A stretch of DNA of 64,000 nucleotides from positions 1 through 64,000 of IMG/VR virus record IMGVR_UViG_3300025928_000005. One strand, written 5' to 3'. The stretch's first letter is position 1. Each line of letters starts with the position of its first letter. Source of the DNA: a virus. Shown here piece by piece: positions 43,915 through 50,947 of this stretch. A program made the translations under genes and the position numbers. The notes under the pieces were generated by a model. It saw only the letters and a program-made list of their open reading frames with translations, ran no database searches and was not told the origin of the DNA.

Positions 43915-44588
43915 GACGCCCTCGCCTGCAGGTTCGCGACGTCCAGGGGCAGGCCGTGCTCGACGTACTCCTCGTAGGCCGCGTGGTCACGGCTCGTGAC
44001 CGCGCCGGCGTTGACGAGCTCGTACCGCTCGTCCGACTCGGCCTTGCCCACGATGGGGTGCAGGTGCTCGAGAACGACGTCGCCGCGATAGGCGAGCTTG
44101 CCGAGGCCACGGCCCCAGTCCATCCACACGTTGTCGACGTAGAGGTGCTGGAGGCTCGGCGGGGCCATGTAGCCGAGGGTTCGCGGAATCCGCGCGTCCA
44201 TGACGGCCGCGGTCGCGAGGTTGGGGCCGTGCACGAGGTCGTTGCCGTAGGCGACGCCGCCGCCCATCGCGCCGATGGCATCGCAGAGGTGCCGGTCCCA
44301 GCCGGGGGTTCCCGGCAGGTGGTCGTCACCCATGAACCCGAGGCACGCGGCCTGCGTGTCGTAGCGGTCGGCGAGCTGGTTGAGCGCGCCGACCATGCCG
44401 GGACCCGCCGGCTCCACGACCTCCACGACGGCGTCGATGGCCTGGTAGACTTCGAGGTCGGGGTCGTCGGCATCGACGCCGAGCACGAGGAGGGTCTTGG
44501 CGCGGCACAGCTCGCTGAACGCCTTGGCGAGGCGAGCCGCGTTCGTGGGCCGCCCACGGGTGGGCGTGAGCACGATGAGATCGGTCAT
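43911..44588 (-). CDS. GT2/GT-A glycosyltransferase
   Basis: VLTPTRGRP, FMGDDH, HLYVD, EHLHP. Confidence 0.85.
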   Translation of the reverse strand: MTDLIVLTPTRGRPTNAARLAKAFSELCRAKTLLVLGVDADDPDLEVYQAIDAVVEVVEPAGPGMVGALNQLADRYDTQAACLGFMGDDHLPGTPGWDRHLCDAIGAMGGGVAYGNDLVHGPNLATAAVMDARIPRTLGYMAPPSLQHLYVDNVWMDWGRGLGKLAYRGDVVLEHLHPIVGKAESDERYELVNAGAVTSRDHAAYEEYVEHGLPLDVANLQARAS

Positions 44589-45496
44589 AGCACGGACCCT
44601 ATCGCACGTCGGATGCCCTCCTCGAGGGACACCCTCGGCGTGTAGAACTGAAGCATGTTCGTGGGGTCCCCGACTCGGTAGCGGACGCCGGTGGGTGCCT
44701 CGAGGCGGTGCTTGAGCTCGGGCGCGTAGCCAGCCGCGGCGGTGACGAGCCGCGCGAGCTCGTTGAACGAGGTGGCGCGGCCGGTGCAGACGTTGACCGG
44801 CTCGCGGACGTCCTGGTCAACGACGGCGAGCGTGGCCCCCACGACGTCGTCGACGTGCACGAAGTCCCGGACCTGCTCGCCGTCGCCCCAGATCTCGAAC
44901 GGGTCGTCACGGCGCAGGGCGCGCTGCACGAATGCGGGGAAGGGGTACGCGGTGTCCTGATCGGTGCCGTAGCCGCTGAACGGCCGCAGCACGTGGACCC
45001 GGCCACCCGCGGCGGCGTAGTGGTGAGCGAGAAGCTCGCCGGTCACCTTCGTCCACCCGTACGTCTGGTCGGGCATGCCGAGCAGGGAGTTGCCGCGGAT
45101 GCTGAGCTCGCACTCACGCAGAGAGTCGGCGTAGCGCAGCTTGGGATCGGCGGTGTCCTGCAGGTCGACCGGGTACGCGGCGGAGCTGCTGAAATAGACG
45201 AGCGCGCCGGGCCTCGTGCGGTGAGCCCACTGAAAGAGCTCCGCGTCGATCGCGAGGTCGACGGCGACCTCGAGGGGCGCGCCGTCGATCTTCACGCGGC
45301 CGCCGACGACGGCGGCGCAGTGCACGACGAGGTCGTAGCGCCTGGCGTTGAGGCGGAAGAAGTCGCGGGCGTCGATCGGCCCGTTCTCGTCGCGCACGTC
45401 GAAGCCGGTGACCGAGTAACCGAGCGAGCTCAGGCGACGCAGCACGTGCCGGCCGATGAAGCCGAGGTGGCCGGTGACCAGCGCTCGCTTGCTCAC
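44585..45496 (-). CDS. NAD-dependent NDP-sugar epimerase/dehydratase
   Basis: VTGHLGFIG, FSSSAAY, YGWTK, IWGDGEQVRDF. Confidence 0.92.
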   Translation of the reverse strand: MSKRALVTGHLGFIGRHVLRRLSSLGYSVTGFDVRDENGPIDARDFFRLNARRYDLVVHCAAVVGGRVKIDGAPLEVAVDLAIDAELFQWAHRTRPGALVYFSSSAAYPVDLQDTADPKLRYADSLRECELSIRGNSLLGMPDQTYGWTKVTGELLAHHYAAAGGRVHVLRPFSGYGTDQDTAYPFPAFVQRALRRDDPFEIWGDGEQVRDFVHVDDVVGATLAVVDQDVREPVNVCTGRATSFNELARLVTAAAGYAPELKHRLEAPTGVRYRVGDPTNMLQFYTPRVSLEEGIRRAIGSVL

Positions 45497-46470
45497 AGCT
45501 CCAGCACCCTCTCCCACCGCCACAGGTTGTCCTCGATGAGGCTGGTTGACGTGACGTGGCTCCGGGCCTTGCGGCCCATCTCCTCGCGGAGGTCGCGGTC
45601 CTCCAGGAGCTGCCGCAGGTAGATCGGCCACTCGTGGGGGCGATCAACCAGGAAGCCGGTCTCGCCGTGCCGCACGTAGTCGGCGTAGGGGCCGCAGTTC
45701 GACGCGACGACGGGGATGCCGAGCGCGCCGTACTCCATCGCCTTCAAGGCCGACTTGGACTTATTGAAGAGGGAGGGCCGCAGGGGAGCTAGCCCGATGT
45801 GGAAGTCGATCGCCCGCAGGTAGTCGTCGATGCCGTTGTGCCACCCCGTGTGTCGGGTCTTGGGCCACCTGGTGGCGAGGTCGACACCCATGGTGTGCAG
45901 CTCCACGCCTTGGTTGCGCTGCAGGAACCGTCGGAGCTCGCTGCTGAGCTCGGCCCAGTCACCGAGGTGGGTGGCGCTGCCGGCCCAGCCGATCGTGGTG
46001 ACATCCGCGGCACGCTCGGGCTCGTGGTCGACGAGCCAGCTGGAGACGTGGTTGGGGATCACCTCGATCGGGGCGGTCGTGTACTCGCTGAGGCGGTTCG
46101 CGAGGTGGTCGGTCGTGGTCGTGACGAGGTCGGCCACGGCGAGGTTCTGTCTGGCCCGGTCCTGCATCTCGAGGTTGAAGAAGCCATGGGCGATGGGGCT
46201 GGTGCCCTCGATGTTCCACAGGTCGTCGTCGAACTCGAGGACGACCTTGGTGTGGCCCTTTCGGGCGACCTTCTGGATCCACTCGCTGGGGCCGGGCAGG
46301 ACGACGCGCTGGGCGATGACGACGTCGGCGGCGCCGAGGGCGACGTCAGATGGCATGTTGCCGTCGCAGCTGACGTCGTGTCCCTTGGCCTTGAGCGCGT
46401 TGAACGGCTGCTTGACGCGGTAGTAGCCGCAGCCGCTGTGGTCGCAGAGCCAGCCAAAGACCTTGGTCAC
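45493..46470 (-). CDS. GT4/GT-B glycosyltransferase
   Basis: GCGYYR, EFDDDLW, IGWAGS, FNKSKSALKAMEY, HGETGFL. Confidence 0.9.
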   Translation of the reverse strand: MTKVFGWLCDHSGCGYYRVKQPFNALKAKGHDVSCDGNMPSDVALGAADVVIAQRVVLPGPSEWIQKVARKGHTKVVLEFDDDLWNIEGTSPIAHGFFNLEMQDRARQNLAVADLVTTTTDHLANRLSEYTTAPIEVIPNHVSSWLVDHEPERAADVTTIGWAGSATHLGDWAELSSELRRFLQRNQGVELHTMGVDLATRWPKTRHTGWHNGIDDYLRAIDFHIGLAPLRPSLFNKSKSALKAMEYGALGIPVVASNCGPYADYVRHGETGFLVDRPHEWPIYLRQLLEDRDLREEMGRKARSHVTSTSLIEDNLWRWERVLEL

Positions 46471-46625
46471 CGACGACCCTCCGCGTCCCGAACGGGGCTC
46501 GGCAGCTTAACCCACCGGCCCTCGCGCTCCCAGCTGAACTTGACCCACTGCCACCAGGAGCCGTCCTCGAGGACGGTCAGCTCGCCACGACTGCCGGGAT
46601 CCGTGGGATAGACCGGCGCGGTCAC
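46467..46625 (-). CDS. small Trp-rich protein (52 aa)
   Basis: MTAPVYPTDPG...WWQWVKFSW...; TAGTG and GTGA overlaps; not in ORF track. Confidence 0.6.
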   Translation of the reverse strand: MTAPVYPTDPGSRGELTVLEDGSWWQWVKFSWEREGRWVKLPSPVRDAEGRR

Positions 46626-46936
46626 TAGCTGACCTCGTCGACGGCGTTGGTGGGGGCGGGGTTGACGATCACGGTGATGTCGCTCGCGGGGTTGCCGTTC
46701 ACGACGGTTAGCCCGTGCTGGAGCGTGCTGCCGTATTCATAGGACTGCTGGGTGCTGACCGCTGAGGCGTGCAGGGTGGCGAGAACCGTGCCGGAGGCGG
46801 TCGGTGAGTCGTAGATCGTGATCGTGGACCCGGCCGCGGCGCCGGCGTTGTTGATGATGACCCGGCTGAGCACGACGTTCCCAGCGGTCTGCAGCGTGAA
46901 GCTGCCGGACGCGCTGATGTTGAAGGTGTTGCTCAC
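46625..46936 (-). CDS. small beta-rich putative virion protein
   Basis: Ser/Thr/Asn rich; ITIYD..TASGT. Confidence 0.7.
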   Translation of the reverse strand: MSNTFNISASGSFTLQTAGNVVLSRVIINNAGAAAGSTITIYDSPTASGTVLATLHASAVSTQQSYEYGSTLQHGLTVVNGNPASDITVIVNPAPTNAVDEVS

Positions 46937-47217
46937 GCCTCGTCCTCCTCGACCGTGTCCTCACCGCAACGCGGGCAGCTGCGGCTCCACGCGTTCCACA
47001 TCCGGCAGCAGGCGGCACACCAGCGCCCTCTCTTGGTGCCGAGGAAGCCGCGGAAGCCGGCGAACGCGAGGCCGGCATCGCCGCCGATCTGGCGCTGGAC
47101 CGCGGTCGCGTGCCGCTCGGCGACCTCGACGGTGCCGCCGGACTTGCCGGCGTAGCGGGTGCCGTCCTGCATGTTGAAGCCCTCGCACCCGGGAGGGAGG
47201 TTGACGCGGACGCCCAC
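46933..47217 (-). CDS. hypothetical Zn-ribbon protein
   Basis: CAAC...CPRCG. Confidence 0.7.
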   Translation of the reverse strand: MGVRVNLPPGCEGFNMQDGTRYAGKSGGTVEVAERHATAVQRQIGGDAGLAFAGFRGFLGTKRGRWCAACCRMWNAWSRSCPRCGEDTVEEDEA

Positions 47218-47220
47218 GGC

Positions 47221-47439
47221 TCAGGCCTCGTCGTCCGGGGTGAACGTGAGGGTGTAGGGCTTGCCGACCTCGAACTGGTCCGCGTTCTTGACGGAGATGC
47301 TCACGGACAGCGTCGGCGTGGCCTGCGCCCACTCCCGGTTGCGGCCGTCGGCGTAGTCGACGCCGAACTCGAACGAGGCGCCCTCGCTCCCCCAGATCTT
47401 CTTGCTGGTGCACTTGACCTTCGCGGTCACCTGAGCCAT
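47221..47439 (-). CDS. phage hypothetical protein
   Basis: MAQVTAKVKC...WAQATP...FEVGKPYTLTFTP. Confidence 0.75.
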   Translation of the reverse strand: MAQVTAKVKCTSKKIWGSEGASFEFGVDYADGRNREWAQATPTLSVSISVKNADQFEVGKPYTLTFTPDDEA

Positions 47440-47458
47440 CGCCGCCCTCAATTCTCCG

Positions 47459-48070
47459 CTAGAAGTTGATGTGCTTTGGGTGGCAGTCGCCCCGCACGAC
47501 CCGGACCGGCACCGCGAGGCGCTTGGCCAGGCGGTGCACGTTGAGGTCCACGTACGGGTAGTGCCACTCCTTGAGGCCGTCCGTGACGGCCGCGTCGATG
47601 AGCCGCCGCGGCAGGTACGTGAAGCAGAACGTGAACCACTCGGGGTCATCCACGTCGGTCTGCCACAGCTTCATCGCCTGCTCGATGGTGGCGTTCGGCT
47701 CGGGCTCGCGGCGGTGGCTCCACACCCAACTCGGCAGGTGGGTGGACCGTGGCCAGATCCGCGTCGGGGCGGTCCACACGACGGTGGGGTCGGACCCGAC
47801 GTGCTGGATCATCGTTCCGAGGTCGGTAGGCTCGATCGCGACGTCGCCATCGAGCAGGAGCATCCCCACGTCCTGCGGGGTCGCCATCTGGCGCCACGCG
47901 GACGCGAGGACGAGGCCCTTGCGGCCCTTGGGGTGCGCCGGCTCGGGGTTGACCTCGATGACGTGGAACGGCTGCTCGACGCTGGGGATGACGTGGCCAC
48001 GCCACGCCACCCTCACGCAGACGAGGTTGATCACCTGGCCGGCGACGCCCGGCCCCTCAGGTGCTGGCAC
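47459..48070 (-). CDS. hypothetical protein, possible GT-A-like fold
   Basis: MLLLDGD DxD-like motif, C-terminal His; GGGAGG RBS. Confidence 0.5.
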   Translation of the reverse strand: MPAPEGPGVAGQVINLVCVRVAWRGHVIPSVEQPFHVIEVNPEPAHPKGRKGLVLASAWRQMATPQDVGMLLLDGDVAIEPTDLGTMIQHVGSDPTVVWTAPTRIWPRSTHLPSWVWSHRREPEPNATIEQAMKLWQTDVDDPEWFTFCFTYLPRRLIDAAVTDGLKEWHYPYVDLNVHRLAKRLAVPVRVVRGDCHPKHINF

Positions 48071-48182
48071 TCGACGCCTCCCGCTCGGGACGGAGAGACG
48101 GCTCTCCCCCTGGCGTCACTATATCTACTACCAGCACGTTGAAGGCCGAGCGTCGCCGCGCTGTTATCGAGGTGTCGTGATG

Positions 48183-48686
48183 CTAGGACGTGCCGGCGAC
48201 GGTCTTCACCGTCGCCGTCGCCGTCCCGGTCACCGTGGCTACCTGCGCCCCCGCCCGGTGGTCGTAGACGACCGCGGCGCTCAGGGTGATGTGGGTGCTG
48301 TCCGGGAACGACGCGATGGTGCCGACCTCGGCGGTGTTGCCGGTGCCGACCTGGACGAGGTTGCCCACCGCGAAGTTCGCGGTGGTGCCGACGGACAGGT
48401 TGCTGGTGCTGCCGCCGGTGGTCGCTGCGGTCAGGTTGGTCACCGCCGTGCCGCTGACGGTGACGCCGCCGGCGGCCGCGTAGATGGCGTTGACGCCGTT
48501 GGCGAAGTTGACCTCGTTCAGCGGGGGCACCGCCAGGCCGCTGGTCGCCGTCACGCCGACGCCGCCGACGTACACGGTGGCGGGGCCGGTGTTGTGGATG
48601 ACGACGTGCGGCCGGCCGACGCTGGCGGGAGTGTAGACCTGGACGGCTGCCGCTCCCACGGGCGTGTAGATGGAACGGCTCGCCAC
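48183..48686 (-). CDS. putative capsid decoration/head protein
   Basis: Thr/Val/Ala-rich; IHNTGPATVYVG. Confidence 0.7.
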   Translation of the reverse strand: MASRSIYTPVGAAAVQVYTPASVGRPHVVIHNTGPATVYVGGVGVTATSGLAVPPLNEVNFANGVNAIYAAAGGVTVSGTAVTNLTAATTGGSTSNLSVGTTANFAVGNLVQVGTGNTAEVGTIASFPDSTHITLSAAVVYDHRAGAQVATVTGTATATVKTVAGTS

Positions 48687-48687
48687 G

Positions 48688-49044
48688 TCACACCACCGAC
48701 GGGTTGGACGCCAGCGCGGCCAGGATCGTCGCGCTGCCGCCGTTGGCGACGGCCGCGTACAGGTTCTGCACCCGGCCCTGGACGGTGAGCTGCTCGCCGG
48801 CGTTGAGCAGGACGCCGGCGGTCGGGGCGGTCATGCCCGAGTTGGTGCCGACGTAGGCGACGCTCGGCCCCTGGTTGAGGACGGTGTACGCCTGGTTGGC
48901 GACCGTGGAGCTGATGAAGTTCCAGGTGTAGGTGCCGCCGGCGTGGCTGACGGCCGAGCCGGAGGTCGCGAACACCTGGGTGCCGCCGGACGTGGTGATG
49001 GTGGTGTTCTGAAGCTGGGGGTAGTCCCCCTCGAAGATGGCCAC
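48688..49044 (-). CDS. putative capsid decoration protein
   Basis: Directly after capsid gene; VLNQGPSVAYVG resembles the neighbour's motif. Confidence 0.7.
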   Translation of the reverse strand: MAIFEGDYPQLQNTTITTSGGTQVFATSGSAVSHAGGTYTWNFISSTVANQAYTVLNQGPSVAYVGTNSGMTAPTAGVLLNAGEQLTVQGRVQNLYAAVANGGSATILAALASNPSVV

Positions 49045-49075
49045 TTCGGTCCTTTCGCGGACGAGGGTCGACGGG

Positions 49076-49102
49076 GCGCGGCGGCTCGGTGAGCCGCCGC
49101 GC
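49076..49102 (-). terminator. 12-bp stem-loop after major capsid gene
   Basis: GCGCGGCGGCTC-GGT-GAGCCGCCGCGC. Confidence 0.6.
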
Positions 49103-49108
49103 GGCCGA

Positions 49109-50914
49109 TCACGTGTAGGGGGTGGTGTTGGTCTTCTGCAGGCCGGCGAGGTGTGCCGAGTACTGCGGCGCGTGCGCCACCATGGCCCCGTACAGGAAGA
49201 TGCTGTAGCGGAAGGTGGCGTCGATCACCGGCCACGCGATGGACACGTAGTCCTGGACCGTGGTCATCTCCCACGCGTTGGCGACGTTCGTCCACGTCTG
49301 GGGGAGCTGGTAGGTCATCAGGTCGGCGTTGCCCTGCTTGTACCAGGGGTGCACGACCATCTTCATGATCGACCGGGTGAACGGGTTGCGGAACTCGTCG
49401 ACGGCGGCGCCGGTCTGGATGCCGCCGGTCTCCGACTGTTGGATGAACAGCCGGTAGTTGGTGGCGGAGCCCTGGGCGATGACGTCGTCGGACAGGTTCG
49501 CGATGTCGGTCGCGGAGCTGAGCAGCTCCGCCGGGTCGGCCTTGAACGCGCCCGGGTTGTTGGACGAGCTGTCCCACAGCGCCTTCAGCGTGGTGTTGAT
49601 GACGTTGTAATTCAGCGTGGTGCCGACCGCGTTGTTGACGTAGCCGCCCTGCCAGCCGGACGGGTAGATGCCGGCGGTGGCCGACACGCCCGCCAGGGTC
49701 GGGATGACTCCCTCCATGCGGGTGCCCTTGCCGGTGCCGGTGTCGGCGGCCGGCACGGCGCCGGTCGTCGCGGCGGTGCCCTGCAAGGTGAAGCGGGTGC
49801 CGCCGACCTGCGCCTGCTGCAGGAAGTAGCCGGCGCTGGCGTTGTTGGTGTAGATGTTGGTGAACAGGGCGCCCGCGACGGTCGGGATGGTGACGTCTAC
49901 GACCTGGCCGGCGCCGACGGTGACGCTGTTGCTGGCGACGGACGGGGCGGTCTCACCCCAGTAGTTGCCGGCGGTGACCTCGACGGTCAGGGTGCCCGTG
50001 GTGAACGCGGTCTCGTTGGAGCCGGCGGTGCGCAGGGTCAGGGTCGGCGCGGCCGGGACGGCCAGGTTGACCGACGTGCCGGCGATCATCTGGTACTCCT
50101 CGCCGAGCATCATCTCCTGCAGGAGGATGAGGTTGGCGAGCGCGGAGACGTCCTCGAAGCCCTGGCCGCTGAACTGGGCGAGCCAGGACAGCTGCTCGGT
50201 GATGCCGAAGAACCGGTAGGGCACGTTGAGCGTGACCTCGGTCTGGCTACCCGAGGGCGGCAGGTTCAGCGGCCAGGAGCTGAACGAGCCACCGGAGGTG
50301 ACGAGCTCGTCAATGGAGATGTCGAGCACGCCCTGCCCGCCGGTCTGCGAGCCGCTGATGCCGGTGAACACGCGCTCGATCCGGCTGAGGCCCTGGCCCG
50401 CCGGGCGCGGGAACTTGTTGCGGTACAGGGTGTAGACCGGGTAGATCAGCCGCGACGGGGCGAGCAGGTCGAACGGCACGAGGCCGTAGATCGAGCCGAT
50501 GCCCAGGTTGCCGGCGGTGAACGACTTGTCGGCGCCGGGGATGCCCTGCAGGAGCTGGCCGATCTGCTCGCCGATGGACGGCTGGGTCAGGGCGGTCTTC
50601 AGGTTGCCGAACTGGTTGAGGAAGCCCTGGTTCATGGACTTCACGACCGACTGGCGGTTCGTGTAGCCCTGCATGGTGGCGGTGCGCAGGTCCAGGGCGG
50701 CCTGGTGGGCGCGGTAGGTGATGTCGGCCTGGTCCTCCAGCGGCTTGTTGGAGCCGATGGTGGCGAGGCCGGCGCCCTTCACCAGGTTGGGCAGCTGGGC
50801 CTTGATGGCGTCGCCGGTGGTGTTGCAGCGGGACACGGACTCCTGCAGGCCCGCCTTGAGCTCGCTCATGTCGGCGGGGGTCTGGGTGTCGGCGCCCTCG
50901 AGGAGTGCAGCCAC
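49109..50914 (-). CDS. major capsid protein
   Basis: 601 aa after protease/scaffold; FDLLAPSRLIYPV.T..RN, EEYQMIAG, VVHPW. Confidence 0.8.
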   Translation of the reverse strand: MAALLEGADTQTPADMSELKAGLQESVSRCNTTGDAIKAQLPNLVKGAGLATIGSNKPLEDQADITYRAHQAALDLRTATMQGYTNRQSVVKSMNQGFLNQFGNLKTALTQPSIGEQIGQLLQGIPGADKSFTAGNLGIGSIYGLVPFDLLAPSRLIYPVYTLYRNKFPRPAGQGLSRIERVFTGISGSQTGGQGVLDISIDELVTSGGSFSSWPLNLPPSGSQTEVTLNVPYRFFGITEQLSWLAQFSGQGFEDVSALANLILLQEMMLGEEYQMIAGTSVNLAVPAAPTLTLRTAGSNETAFTTGTLTVEVTAGNYWGETAPSVASNSVTVGAGQVVDVTIPTVAGALFTNIYTNNASAGYFLQQAQVGGTRFTLQGTAATTGAVPAADTGTGKGTRMEGVIPTLAGVSATAGIYPSGWQGGYVNNAVGTTLNYNVINTTLKALWDSSSNNPGAFKADPAELLSSATDIANLSDDVIAQGSATNYRLFIQQSETGGIQTGAAVDEFRNPFTRSIMKMVVHPWYKQGNADLMTYQLPQTWTNVANAWEMTTVQDYVSIAWPVIDATFRYSIFLYGAMVAHAPQYSAHLAGLQKTNTTPYT

Positions 50915-50947
50915 GGTGGTTCCTTCCGAAAGCAGCGGGTTGGTGCC

